Part shown: piece by piece, positions 1-9,597 of the stretch
Layout: every line of letters starts with the position of its first letter
How positions within the stretch are numbered: position 1 is the stretch's first letter
Source: Candidatus Falkowbacteria bacterium
Lineage (GTDB): Bacteria > Patescibacteriota > Patescibacteriia > UBA11705
Reading direction: 5' to 3'
Length of the DNA stretch: 64,000 nt
Assembly (NCBI GenBank): GCA_003518055.1
Contig: DOZJ01000004.1
Span: 6,073-70,072 of the forward strand
Made by a program: the position numbers and the translations under genes
Notes under the pieces: generated by a model
Databases searched by the model: none
What the model saw: the letters and a program-made list of their open reading frames with translations, nothing else
Told to the model about the DNA's origin: nothing

Positions 1-1311
1 GCTCAAACTCTGGCTGATCTAAAGCTACCACCAAACATGATAATTGCGGGTCTGCTCCACGACATTCCGGAAGACACCAAACATACCCTGGAAGAAATCA
101 AAGAAAAATTCGGTGCCGACGTAGCGGGCATCGTCGAGGGGATTACAAAATTGAGCAACATCAAATACCGCGGGATGGATCGCTATGTGGAAAATCTACG
201 CAAAATGTTTGTCGCCATGGCCGAAGACATCCGGGTCATCATCGTCAAATTTGCCGACCGGCTACACAACTTAACCACTCTTTACGCCCTGCCGGCCAAC
301 AAACAACGACGCATTGCTCTTGAAACGCTCGAAATTTATGCTCCGATCGCCAACCGTCTCGGTATTGGAGAACTCCAAGCTCAACTCGAGGATACGGCCT
401 TCAAATATGCCTACCCGGAAGAATATAGTTGGATTGAACAATTAATCAAACAAAACACCCCCGGAAAAAAGAAAACTCTGGATCTGATGATCAAACAATT
501 ATCCGATCAGTTGGGTTTAGAAAAAATCACCTGCGTGGAGATTTACGGCCGGTCAAAACATTATTACAGCCTTTACCGCAAATTACTGCGCTTCAATCGT
601 GATATTAGTAAAATTTATGATCTGGTCGCAATCCGCGTTATTCTCAAAAACATCGCCGACTGCTATGCCGCCCTTGGCATAATTCACAGTTTGTGGAAAC
701 CGGTCAAGGGCCGAATCAAAGATTATATTGCCCAGCCCAAACCGAACGGCTACCAATCTCTTCACACCACCGTCTTCGGCGCCAACCAAGAAATCGTTGA
801 ATTCCAGCTTCGCAGTCAAACCATGCACGAACAAGCTGATTTCGGCATTGCCGCTCACTGGAATTACAAAGAATCAGTGCAAAAAAAATCGGAAAAAAGC
901 AAAAAAGAAGTGGCTTGGGTGCAGGATTTGGCTCGGTGGCTCAAAGAAGTCCGTGACAATGAAAATTTTCTCGAGGGGGCGAAAATCGATGTTTTCCAAA
1001 ATCGTATTTTTGTCTTCACGCCTCAAGGCGACGTCATCGATCTTCCGGACGGAGCCACACCGGTAGATTTTGCTTATCATATTCATACTGACATTGGCAA
1101 CAAAACCGAACGAGCCATTGTCAACAATACATTGATCAGTTTGGATACCAAATTAAAAAACGGCGACGTGGTCGAAATTATCACCGACAAAAACCGCAAG
1201 GGCCCCAATCCCGAGTGGCTCAAATTTGTCAAAACCAGAACCGCAAGACAGCACATTGCCATCCACAAAAATCAAAGCTGGAGAAATCTTATCTCAAAAT
1301 TTAAAAAATAA
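1..1311 (+). CDS. rel: RelA/SpoT family (p)ppGpp synthetase/hydrolase (HD + synthetase + TGS), 5'-truncated by window edge
   Basis: Frame open from base 1; motifs LLHDIPED, KFADRLHN, YAPIANRLG, YQSLHT, EFQLRS, TGS (VFTPQG...TPVDFAY). Confidence 0.95.
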   Translation, partial: AQTLADLKLPPNMIIAGLLHDIPEDTKHTLEEIKEKFGADVAGIVEGITKLSNIKYRGMDRYVENLRKMFVAMAEDIRVIIVKFADRLHNLTTLYALPANKQRRIALETLEIYAPIANRLGIGELQAQLEDTAFKYAYPEEYSWIEQLIKQNTPGKKKTLDLMIKQLSDQLGLEKITCVEIYGRSKHYYSLYRKLLRFNRDISKIYDLVAIRVILKNIADCYAALGIIHSLWKPVKGRIKDYIAQPKPNGYQSLHTTVFGANQEIVEFQLRSQTMHEQADFGIAAHWNYKESVQKKSEKSKKEVAWVQDLARWLKEVRDNENFLEGAKIDVFQNRIFVFTPQGDVIDLPDGATPVDFAYHIHTDIGNKTERAIVNNTLISLDTKLKNGDVVEIITDKNRKGPNPEWLKFVKTRTARQHIAIHKNQSWRNLISKFKK

Positions 1312-1313
1312 AT

Positions 1314-2108
1314 ATGCCAAAAACACCCATCTGGTTTCTTTTATCCATAGCCATTTTATTATTGCTGAACCCAACCGAAACTCAGGCTGTAGCCACCCCG
1401 ACCGGCCAATCTTGCACCGCCACATCTGAATGCGATATCACTGACTATTGTTCTTCAGCTCCAAATTCAGTCTGTACGACCAAACTCGCCACCGGATCTT
1501 CTACTCCCTGTCTGAATAATGACATGTGCCAATCAAATTACTGCGATACCTCTGGCATTTTTGATCGCTGCGAAGTCAATCCGAATCCTCCGGCCCCCAC
1601 CCCTGCCGCCTGTACCAGCAGCGCTGACTGCGGCCTCAATCAATACTGCAACACTGCTACCCCGCGCGCCTGCACCGCCCAATTAAATGACAATGCCATT
1701 GGTTGTACTAGCCTTGATATGTGCCAAAGCGGCAACTGCAATCTTACCAACAGCACTTGCGAACCGGCAGCCGGAACACCTGACGTTATCCCAGCCGGTT
1801 CAAGCGGACTGACGCCGAGCGGTAATACTGCCCCCACAACCGTCACCACCCTGCCGAATCCGCTTCGAACCACTTCCATCAATCTGGTTATAGGCCGAAT
1901 CATCCGCTTTGTGATCGGCCTCTCCGGCGCGCTAGCTCTCGTTGTCTTTATCTATGGCGGTTTTCAATGGATTTTTTCTCAGGGCAAATCAGCCAACGTT
2001 GAAAAAGGCAAAAAAGCGATAACCTATTCAATTATCGGTTTGGTAATTATTTTCACCAGTTATATTGTCCTGAAATTCATCACCTCTGCTCTGACCAGTT
2101 TTACCTAA
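1314..2108 (+). CDS. Secreted Cys-rich repeat protein with C-terminal VirB2/TrbC-like (CPR) pilin domain
   Basis: Signal peptide; CxxxxxCxxxxYC repeats; P/T linker; two-TM pilin signature IYGGFQWIFSQG...VEKGKKAITYSIIG. Confidence 0.8.
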   Translation: MPKTPIWFLLSIAILLLLNPTETQAVATPTGQSCTATSECDITDYCSSAPNSVCTTKLATGSSTPCLNNDMCQSNYCDTSGIFDRCEVNPNPPAPTPAACTSSADCGLNQYCNTATPRACTAQLNDNAIGCTSLDMCQSGNCNLTNSTCEPAAGTPDVIPAGSSGLTPSGNTAPTTVTTLPNPLRTTSINLVIGRIIRFVIGLSGALALVVFIYGGFQWIFSQGKSANVEKGKKAITYSIIGLVIIFTSYIVLKFITSALTSFT

Positions 2109-2134
2109 ATTTAGACCGTAGACACACTTTACCA

Positions 2135-2163
2135 TTGACATTATTAATTATATATGGTAAAGT
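2135..2163 (+). promoter_or_regulatory. sigma70-type promoter
   Basis: TTGACA-17 nt-TAAAGT with extended -10 TG. Confidence 0.65.
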
Positions 2164-2217
2164 GTTTTGTTATCTGTCCCTTGAAAAAACCGCTACCATT
2201 AACCGGGAGAGTGAACC

Positions 2218-3279
2218 ATGGAATGGTACAGCATTGCGGGCTTAATCTGTCTTGGATTAGCAATTCTCACTGTTTTGATTTATGGAATTGTTGTCACGTT
2301 CTTCGTCGTTGTAAGACGGCCAAACATTGGCTACCGATATTTTCTCGGCGAACTAACCAGGATTGCCATGCCCGGACTTCGTCTGCGCATTCCCTATCTA
2401 CATCGCATTGATCTTGAAAGTACTGAAACTCGTAAAACCGCGATTGAAATTAAAGAGAGTTTATACACTCAAGATGGTGTTCTTCTGACCGCGGATTTTG
2501 GTATCATTTGGCAAATTGCTCACCCTGCAATACACAAAGGACTAAAGGGGAACTCCCTTTATTATGGTAAAAAATTCCTTGATGCCAAAGTCAATATCGA
2601 ATCTATAATCAAAGAAATCATCATTGATATCGCCCGAACCGGTATTCATGCTTACAAATACGACGACATCAAAGCGCACAAAAAACTAATCATGAACTTC
2701 ATCCGCTATTTCATTCGTTACTTGGCCAATGAAGAAATTAATGAAAACGATAATGATGATCGATCCAGACTTGAAATGTCAGAACAACAAAGAATGGCTG
2801 ATGCAGAAACTGATGGTGTCAACGCAGCTGAACGCGACCAAATCAGACAAATTTTTCTTAAAACCAGAGTATCAATGCCCTCCGTCATTGCGAATAAATC
2901 ACTTCTTGAAGCAGCCGGCATTTATACACTTCGAGTGACAATTGATGACCTCGAGCCTGATCCCTCTGTGGTCAGAGCGCATCAGGACGTCGAAATCGCC
3001 AAAGCGCAAGTCCCGGCGGCTGAAGCCAAAGCCCAAGTGGCTTTGATCGAGGCCAATGCTCAGGCTGAAGTTCAGCGCCGTGTCGGCGCCGGTGAAGCAG
3101 ACCGCCGCAGTCTGTTGTTCAAGGCGGAAATTACCGGCCAAGCAGGACTGGAAGCTGTTCGTACTGAAAATATGCAGCACCGCAAAGCCGCAGGCGTAGG
3201 TGACTGGGCAATCGCGGCCGGTGAGCTGGCTGGCGCTCTCGCCGACAAAGTGAATGGCGCCACTAAAAAGAAAGAATAA
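2218..3279 (+). CDS. SPFH/Band 7 domain membrane protein
   Basis: N-terminal TM, PGLRLRIPY, TQDGV, C-terminal AEA-rich coiled coil; SD GGGAGA. Confidence 0.8.
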   Translation: MEWYSIAGLICLGLAILTVLIYGIVVTFFVVVRRPNIGYRYFLGELTRIAMPGLRLRIPYLHRIDLESTETRKTAIEIKESLYTQDGVLLTADFGIIWQIAHPAIHKGLKGNSLYYGKKFLDAKVNIESIIKEIIIDIARTGIHAYKYDDIKAHKKLIMNFIRYFIRYLANEEINENDNDDRSRLEMSEQQRMADAETDGVNAAERDQIRQIFLKTRVSMPSVIANKSLLEAAGIYTLRVTIDDLEPDPSVVRAHQDVEIAKAQVPAAEAKAQVALIEANAQAEVQRRVGAGEADRRSLLFKAEITGQAGLEAVRTENMQHRKAAGVGDWAIAAGELAGALADKVNGATKKKE

Positions 3280-3293
3280 CAGAAACATATCTC

Positions 3294-3320
3294 ATACCTC
3301 TCAACCCGAGGTATTTTTTT
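3294..3320 (+). terminator. Intrinsic terminator
   Basis: ATACCTC-7 nt-GAGGTAT followed by T run. Confidence 0.65.
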
Positions 3321-3391
3321 ATTCTTTTTCATTAATCCAAAGCAAATATTCGCTAATTTATAACAATTTTTTACAATCATAACCGCCACCT

Positions 3392-3420
3392 TTGACACGC
3401 AGCATTTATTATGATATAAT
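3392..3420 (+). promoter_or_regulatory. sigma70 consensus promoter
   Basis: TTGACA-17 nt-TATAAT. Confidence 0.75.
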
Positions 3421-3454
3421 ATAATGATACGCAAACCCACATTTGGAGGACTCC

Positions 3455-4156
3455 ATGCTCTACTTCATCCTACTCCTGCTTTTTGCCGGCGCCGCCTTCA
3501 TGTCCCTTTCCATTCACTGGGGACTGGCCGTTGGCATCAGTGTCCTTGGTATCATCGTGGTGGGCTATCTGATCCGACGAAATTCCACTACCACCCCCAC
3601 CCCGGCCGCCGCGGGCACTACCGCCGCCGCCCCGAAAAAAAAGAAAACCACAGATTCACCGCACCCGATTGTTTACGTTTTTGTCTTGCTGGTTCTCGCG
3701 CTCTTTACCTATGCCCTGATCGGCGTCGCGCCTGAACTCGCTAGCTGCGCCAATGGCTGCTTTACCGCTTGGAGCGACGCTACCATTGCCGGCACCGGCC
3801 GCCGCCCCGCCAACCAGCAGAAAAAGAACCTGCTCTGGACCGGTCAGGTCAATCCGGGCACGATCGTTGAAGCCGGCGACCTGAGCTACGACAGCGGCAA
3901 ATACAACACCTGTCTTCAAATCTACGTCAGAGAGAGCGCGGTCCAAGCTCAAATCTGGCGGCCGGGGCAGACTACGAACCGCTGGCTTACCGTGTCGGTC
4001 GGCAACGGTCTGGACGAAACCAAATCGATATACCCGAACGGCTACGAATTCTGTCTGGAAGAAAACGTCTCTGGAACGCTGCAGCTGACCGTTCCCAAAG
4101 ACGGCGTTCAAGAAACTGTCCAAGTATACGCTTACAAATCTCGAAGAAAGAGATAA
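3455..4156 (+). CDS. Hypothetical membrane protein (about 3 TM + extracytoplasmic beta-rich domain)
   Basis: ORF 3443-4156; SD GGAGGA favours ATG 3455; followed by hairpin and T run (4160-4192). Confidence 0.75.
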   Translation: MLYFILLLLFAGAAFMSLSIHWGLAVGISVLGIIVVGYLIRRNSTTTPTPAAAGTTAAAPKKKKTTDSPHPIVYVFVLLVLALFTYALIGVAPELASCANGCFTAWSDATIAGTGRRPANQQKKNLLWTGQVNPGTIVEAGDLSYDSGKYNTCLQIYVRESAVQAQIWRPGQTTNRWLTVSVGNGLDETKSIYPNGYEFCLEENVSGTLQLTVPKDGVQETVQVYAYKSRRKR

Positions 4157-4264
4157 GCAAAAACCGCTCGGCAACCACCGCGCGGCTTTTTTATTGTCTC
4201 AAAACTCAATTATCCAAACTTTGTAATCGCTGAGAGCTATAATTCAACCTTTAATCATCCCCGA

Positions 4265-4855
4265 CTATTCCTCCGGTGTAATCACCTTATCCCCGTAAAA
4301 ATTTATACTATTCAATAATAATTTGGCGTCTTCACTCTGATCAATCAATCTAATTTCCACGATTCGGTCATTGAGTTCAAAACCGATGACATCCATCTTG
4401 TCCGCTTCCGGCAGCCCGGTCACGGAGCGCAATAATGTACCTTCCGACCCATCAAATGTCACAGTTTCTTTTTGAATATTCTCCACCCACAAGTCCTGTT
4501 CCACCTCTTTACGGAAATAATCACCGATTGAATATCCGACATTCCAATTGACAAAGCCCTTCACAATCACCGCTCCCTTATAATCGTCTGACAATTTTTT
4601 ATTCTCGGGATAAAAAACCACTCTCCGGCCGCCTTCAATGTCGGTCGCGTCATCTTGATATGTCCAGCCCTTTGGCACGCGCAGTTCATACCTGAACAGC
4701 GGATTGGTATAAGTGCCAAAACCGCTGATCCCCTCAGTTGTTTGTTCGGGCGTCAAGTTCCACGTGACTGATTCATAATCAGATTTTTTTTCACAACCGG
4801 CCAAACTGACAGCCAAAATCGCCACCATCCCTCCGACTAAAAATTTCTTAATCAT
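4265..4855 (-). CDS. Lipoprotein, PsbP-like fold probable
   Basis: Lipobox LAGC; TYTNPLFRYELRVPKGW typical of PsbP-related proteins. Confidence 0.65.
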   Translation of the reverse strand: MIKKFLVGGMVAILAVSLAGCEKKSDYESVTWNLTPEQTTEGISGFGTYTNPLFRYELRVPKGWTYQDDATDIEGGRRVVFYPENKKLSDDYKGAVIVKGFVNWNVGYSIGDYFRKEVEQDLWVENIQKETVTFDGSEGTLLRSVTGLPEADKMDVIGFELNDRIVEIRLIDQSEDAKLLLNSINFYGDKVITPEE

Positions 4856-4858
4856 ACT

Positions 4859-5740
4859 TTAATTGGTTATTTTAAATACTATATCATTAAACTCTTCCTC
4901 CGAATAAAAGTCAATAATAATCTGGCCCCGACCGCCTTTTTTCTTAATATCAACTTTGGTTGATAGGGCATCGCGGATTTCTTCTTTTGCCGCCTCAGTC
5001 GTTGGATCAGCCTGTTCCCGTGTTTTCACCCGGCCTTTTTTATTAAACACTCGACTTTCCCGCTCCGCGTCTCGAACCGTAAAATTATAATTCAATATCT
5101 GCTCTAAGAATTTCAATTGTTCTCCTTCTGTTTCAAACCCGGCAATCACTCTGGCATGTCCGGCGGTAATTTTTCCATCAACCAAAGACTTTTGCACCGC
5201 CTCGGGCAAATTTATCACCCGTAACGTATTTGCGATTGACGATCTGGATTTCCCGACCCGATCCGATACCTCCTCTTGAGTCAGGTTGAATTCATCCATG
5301 AGTTTTTGGTAAGCCAACGCCTCTTCTATCGGATTCAAATTTTGTCGCTGAACATTTTCAATCAACGCTAACTCCAACTTTTGCTGTTCATCCGCTTCTC
5401 GGACAATGCAGGGTACGGTCTTTAGCCCTGCAATCTTGGATGATCGTAACCGCCGTTCACCCGCGATCAATTCATAGTGATCTCCCTGCCTGGTCACAAT
5501 CAACGGCTGAATCACCCCGTACTCTTTGATCGAGTTGATCAACTCTTCCAATTCATCATGATCAAACACCCGCCGTGGCTGCATCGGATTGACCTCAATT
5601 TTTTCAACCGGAATCTGCAATATTTTGTCCCCTTCATCAATCAATAAATCACGATGTTCTTCAGACACCACTTTTTCCGTGATCTTTTTATTTGGAATCA
5701 GGGAGCCGAGACCTCGGCCCAAACCACCAACATTTGTCAT
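4859..5740 (-). CDS. parB: Chromosome partitioning protein ParB/Spo0J
   Basis: GLGRGLGSLI, NPMQPR, IAGERRLR, ALIENVQR, HTH. Confidence 0.97.
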   Translation of the reverse strand: MTNVGGLGRGLGSLIPNKKITEKVVSEEHRDLLIDEGDKILQIPVEKIEVNPMQPRRVFDHDELEELINSIKEYGVIQPLIVTRQGDHYELIAGERRLRSSKIAGLKTVPCIVREADEQQKLELALIENVQRQNLNPIEEALAYQKLMDEFNLTQEEVSDRVGKSRSSIANTLRVINLPEAVQKSLVDGKITAGHARVIAGFETEGEQLKFLEQILNYNFTVRDAERESRVFNKKGRVKTREQADPTTEAAKEEIRDALSTKVDIKKKGGRGQIIIDFYSEEEFNDIVFKITN

Positions 5741-5789
5741 ACAGATACTATTTTTGTTTTATTATCAGCTGTCAATTTTTTTATTTCGG

Positions 5790-6557
5790 CTACTCATTTA
5801 ACAAATCCAGCACCTCCCGAGCCAATTTGCTATAAGCCTTGGCCCCTTTGGACGTTGGATCATATTGGGAAATGGCCAAACCGTGACTCGGCGATTCTGA
5901 CAACCGCACGTTCCTCGGAATGGTTGACCGAAAAATTTTGTTGGGAAAATGCCGATACAAATCCTGCATGACTTGTCCGGACAATCTTGTCCGTTTATCA
6001 AACATGGTAATCACCGCTCCCAACACGTTAAGATTTTCTTTGATATTTTCTTTTACCAAGGATACCGTATTCAGTAATTGACCCAATCCCTCAAGCGCGT
6101 AATATTCCGCTTGAACCGGAATCAACAAATGATCCGCCGCCACCAATCCATTTATCGTGAGAATCCCAAGCGATGGCGGACAATCAATCAAAATCACGTC
6201 ATAATCGCTTTTCACTTCAAGCAAAGCGTCAGATAATCGAAACTCCCGCCGATCCACATCCACCAATTCCACATTGGCACCGGCCAAAGCCGGAGTTGAC
6301 GGCGCGATTCTATAACCATGAATCCCCGTCGGCATCACGATTTCTCGAACCATATGACTACCAATCAAGGCTTCGTATATCCCCTTGTCCAAATCTTGAT
6401 AATTAACTCCCAGTCCGGAAGAAGCATTGGCCTGAGGATCCAAATCAACCAAAAGTACATCCTTGCCATGTTCGGCCAAGTATGCCCCCAAATTTATCGC
6501 GGTTGTCGTTTTGCCCACCCCGCCCTTCTGATTGACTACACCAATAATGTGAGCCAT
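5790..6557 (-). CDS. parA: Chromosome partitioning ATPase ParA/Soj
   Basis: NQKGGVGKTT, DLDPQAN, DCPPSLG; start placed at MAHIIGV (ORF track extends to 6626). Confidence 0.95.
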   Translation of the reverse strand: MAHIIGVVNQKGGVGKTTTAINLGAYLAEHGKDVLLVDLDPQANASSGLGVNYQDLDKGIYEALIGSHMVREIVMPTGIHGYRIAPSTPALAGANVELVDVDRREFRLSDALLEVKSDYDVILIDCPPSLGILTINGLVAADHLLIPVQAEYYALEGLGQLLNTVSLVKENIKENLNVLGAVITMFDKRTRLSGQVMQDLYRHFPNKIFRSTIPRNVRLSESPSHGLAISQYDPTSKGAKAYSKLAREVLDLLNE

Positions 6558-6647
6558 ACCATTGCTAAAATTTTCAGAGGAATTTCTCCCCTTGCGATTA
6601 TTATTATCTGACAAATTATACTCCAATTATACCCGACGTTTAAGCTT

Positions 6648-6676
6648 TTGACAATATGAAAAATATTTAGTATAAT
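6648..6676 (+). promoter_or_regulatory. sigma70 promoter of tRNA-Leu
   Basis: TTGACA-17 nt-TATAAT. Confidence 0.8.
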
Positions 6677-6782
6677 GACCCTGCTTTTAATAAATCTTAA
6701 ACTCTAAATCATAAATTCTAAATACTCGGTAAAGTAGCATCTTAATTTAGAATTTTATGATTATTATTTAGAATTTAATTAA

Positions 6783-6869
6783 GCCGCGGTGGCGGAACTG
6801 GTAGACGCGCTGGACTCAAAATCCAGTGATGGCGACATTGTGAGAGTTCGAGTCTCTCCCGCGGCACCA
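6783..6869 (+). tRNA. tRNA-Leu (CAA)
   Basis: GCCGCGG/CCGCGGC acceptor, CTGGA-CTCAAAA-TCCAG anticodon arm, long variable arm, GTTCGAGT, encoded CCA. Confidence 0.96.
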
Positions 6870-7119
6870 CCTTAAAAGAAATATAAGACTAGCTCAGAGA
6901 CGAGAAGTTTACCCTGAGCGAAACGTAGTGGAGTCGAAGGGAGTCTCTCCCGCCTGCCCGCCGTAGCTTTAGCGAAGGTGGGCGGCACCACCTTAAAAGA
7001 AATATAAGACTAGCTCAGAGACGAGAAGTTTACCCTGAGCGAAACGTAGTGGAGTCGAAGGGAGTCTCTCCCGCCTGCCCGCCGTAGCTTTAGCGAAGGT
7101 GGGCGGCACCACCTTAAAA
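6861..7119. repeat. 121-bp tandem repeat (2 units plus a short third start) containing palindrome-interrupted copies of the tRNA-Leu 3' end
   Basis: CGGCACCACCTTAAAA at 6862, 6983 and 7104; units identical. Confidence 0.92.
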
Positions 7120-7271
7120 ACAAACATTTCTTTGACCTGATTTGATCTGTTAAAATATTGGCTTTTTGCTGATATTTTTTTATTCAATAATTCTCTTACA
7201 AAACCTTTTTTCTTCTCAACGCTGCACGATTGACGGCCACAAATACATCCAAATTATTATCTTCCGCCGGC

Positions 7272-7341
7272 TTGACAAAAACGATAAAATAAGATAAATT
7301 TATTGATCATGTTCCTTCAAATTAAACCCCTAAACAGGAGG
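7272..7341 (+). promoter_or_regulatory. Promoter and SD of the hisG-like operon
   Basis: TTGACA-17 nt-TAAATT; AGGAGG at 7336-7341. Confidence 0.7.
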
Positions 7342-7346
7342 TTCCC

Positions 7347-7973
7347 ATGAGAATCGCCCTGCCAAAAGGCCGACTGCTTGATGGTGTTATAAAAGCCCTC
7401 CAATCTGTCGGGGTTGAATTTCACCAGCTCAATCCACGCAATTACCGGCCGGAATGCAATTGGCCCAATTTTTCAGCCAAGATGATCAAACCCAAAGCCG
7501 TCTGCCAAGGCATCGCCATGGGTAATTTTGACCTTGGATTTTGCGGCCTGGATCTCATCACCGAAGCCGGCTATGAGATGGCTGTTCCAATTCTCAACCT
7601 TGGATTGAATCCGGTAAAACTGGTTGTGGCTGTGCCTCCATGTTTCACTAACATTGTAATTAACCCGCCAAGTCGGCCAATTGTAATCGCCACAGAATAT
7701 TCCAACATCGCCAGCCGGTGGGCTTATGCTCGTAATCTGGCACATGTAATCTACTATACCGGTGGCTCCACCGAAGTTTTCCCACCCGAAGACGCCGATA
7801 TGGTTTTCGACTGTGTGGAATCCGAACGGACCATGAAAGCCAACAACCTAATTATCATTGACCGGATTATGGATAGCGCCACCTGGGTCGTAGTCAACAA
7901 GCTTGCATGGGAACGAGGAGATCAAGACCTGCATAATTTAGTCACCGCCCTCAAAGACGCCACGGAGGATTAA
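7347..7973 (+). CDS. hisG: ATP phosphoribosyltransferase-like protein (HisG short form)
   Basis: MRIALPKGRL, DLGFCGLD, IATEY, GSTEVFP, ADMVFDCVE..TMKANNL; no C-terminal regulatory domain. Confidence 0.82.
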   Translation: MRIALPKGRLLDGVIKALQSVGVEFHQLNPRNYRPECNWPNFSAKMIKPKAVCQGIAMGNFDLGFCGLDLITEAGYEMAVPILNLGLNPVKLVVAVPPCFTNIVINPPSRPIVIATEYSNIASRWAYARNLAHVIYYTGGSTEVFPPEDADMVFDCVESERTMKANNLIIIDRIMDSATWVVVNKLAWERGDQDLHNLVTALKDATED

Positions 7974-7974
7974 A

Positions 7975-8868
7975 ATGGTTAATATCGAAACTTTGACCAT
8001 GGCTGAATTCAAATCTCTGCCTCTGGTCATCGAAGGCGAGAGTAAAGAAGTCCGCTACGCCGGCCACGGAATGGTGGTTATCCGATTCAAGCCGACCATT
8101 TATAGTTTTACCCACAATCGCTGCGGCGAAGTCCCCGGTTCGGAAATTCTGCGTCTTCGCGCCTCCAAACTTTTCCTGGAAGTGCTTCGACAAGCGGGTG
8201 TCAATCATGCTTACCGTGAAGTCAACGACCGCTGGGTTCTGGCCGAATTGGTAATGCCTCATGAAGTTGAATTCACCAAATACAGCCTGCCGGTATTTAT
8301 CCCTGAAGATCTGACGCAAGGACAAATCGCCGCCCTTCACCACGCTCCGCCGGTTGAAATCATCGTCAAAACATTCCATGGCGGCACCAGTGAACATCGC
8401 TACCTTCATATGCACGGTTCAATGGTTCGATCCAGTCATCCGCTTTATGCCGGAGAAATTATCAGGAATAAAGACGCCTATCCTCATTCGTTTGTGCGCT
8501 TTGACTGGCGGAATCCACTAAAAAACAACAACGGCGACCGAATTGCTGATGAAATCCTTCCCGATGAAATGGCTGATTGGTTCATCGATGTAAACCGAGC
8601 CAGACAGACTGCCAGAGATACATATCGTGTCTTGGAACAATTCCTGGCTGAGCATCAAATTGTCTGCAACGATCTCTGTTTATTTATTACTGAGGATGGC
8701 TCAACTCTTTATGGAGAAATCAGTCAGGATTGCGGCCGATTCCGACACTTTGATCTTGGTTCTCTCGACAAAGATGTCTGGCGCGCCGGCGGCTCAGCCG
8801 AAGACGTTTTAAAGAAATGGGAAATGCTGCTTGAAATTCTTACCACGCAAACAGGAGCTGAACGATGA
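7975..8868 (+). CDS. Divergent SAICAR synthetase (PurC)-fold ligase
   Basis: EGESKEV, PVEIIVK, GEISQDCGRFR, LDKDVWR; canonical DFKLEFG altered to DLCLFIT. Confidence 0.72.
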   Translation: MVNIETLTMAEFKSLPLVIEGESKEVRYAGHGMVVIRFKPTIYSFTHNRCGEVPGSEILRLRASKLFLEVLRQAGVNHAYREVNDRWVLAELVMPHEVEFTKYSLPVFIPEDLTQGQIAALHHAPPVEIIVKTFHGGTSEHRYLHMHGSMVRSSHPLYAGEIIRNKDAYPHSFVRFDWRNPLKNNNGDRIADEILPDEMADWFIDVNRARQTARDTYRVLEQFLAEHQIVCNDLCLFITEDGSTLYGEISQDCGRFRHFDLGSLDKDVWRAGGSAEDVLKKWEMLLEILTTQTGAER

Positions 8869-9521
8869 CTCACCGATTCTACATCGGCACCACCAACCAA
8901 CACAAAATTCGAGAAATCGGCAGCATCCTTCACGCTACCGGCTGTGAATTGATTCCAACCGATAAAATTGATCCGGAAGAAACTGAACCAGATTTTGTCG
9001 GCAACGCGCTGATCAAAGCTCGAGCCTATGCCGTCCATGCCGGCGGTCTAACCATCTCTGAGGATTCCGGACTTATGGTCGCAGCTCTCAATAATCTACC
9101 CGGACCTTGGTCCGCTAGATTCAGCGACTTTGAAGTCCATCGAGATCCGTGGCGCCTTGGCGCCCATCATCCAAGCGGTCTAAGCCGTGATGAAATTGAT
9201 CGCAAAAACAATGATCTTGTCTTGGAGCTCATGCGAGGAATTGAGCAGCCGCGCCGCGCCGCCATGTTCAAAGTCGTAATGATTGTTGCCGCGGCTGATG
9301 GTGAAATTCTCTTTAAGGGTGAAAATGAAGCTCATGGCTGGATCGCTCCGGAGATGCGCGGTCAAAACGGATTTGGCTATGACCCAATTTTTATCGGCCA
9401 CAACACCTTTGACCGCACCTACGCTGAACTTGACCGCCACCGCAAGGACCTAATTAGTCATCGCCGAAAGGTTTTGAACGACTTCCAAGACTGGCTCGGA
9501 CGGTTTCTCCGCCAACCATAA
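8865..9521 (+). CDS. rdgB: Non-canonical purine NTP pyrophosphatase (RdgB/HAM1)
   Basis: TTNQHKIRE, NALIKA, EDSGL, PGPWSARF, GFGYDPIF, SHR. Confidence 0.9.
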   Translation: MTHRFYIGTTNQHKIREIGSILHATGCELIPTDKIDPEETEPDFVGNALIKARAYAVHAGGLTISEDSGLMVAALNNLPGPWSARFSDFEVHRDPWRLGAHHPSGLSRDEIDRKNNDLVLELMRGIEQPRRAAMFKVVMIVAAADGEILFKGENEAHGWIAPEMRGQNGFGYDPIFIGHNTFDRTYAELDRHRKDLISHRRKVLNDFQDWLGRFLRQP

Positions 9522-9548
9522 CACTTTAAAACTTTAAAGTGTTTTTTA
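9520..9548 (+). terminator. Intrinsic terminator
   Basis: Inverted repeat AACACTTTAAA/TTTAAAGTGTT plus T run. Confidence 0.65.
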
Positions 9549-9597
9549 TTTACTGACAATCTTGTTCTGTTTCAATCACCTTCCCCCAATCCGCCCC

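Noticed and set aside
6861-7119. Possible CRISPR array
   Set aside because: Units are wholly identical with no unique spacers, the period is 121 bp, and there are no cas genes.
6993-7187. 64-aa ORF
   Set aside because: It is the antisense translation of the palindromic repeats (PPTFAKATAG, PSTPLRFAQG).
7347-9521. Kongming-like HAM1 anti-phage system
   Set aside because: No adenosine deaminase or SIR2 effector, and the HAM1 catalytic motifs look intact.
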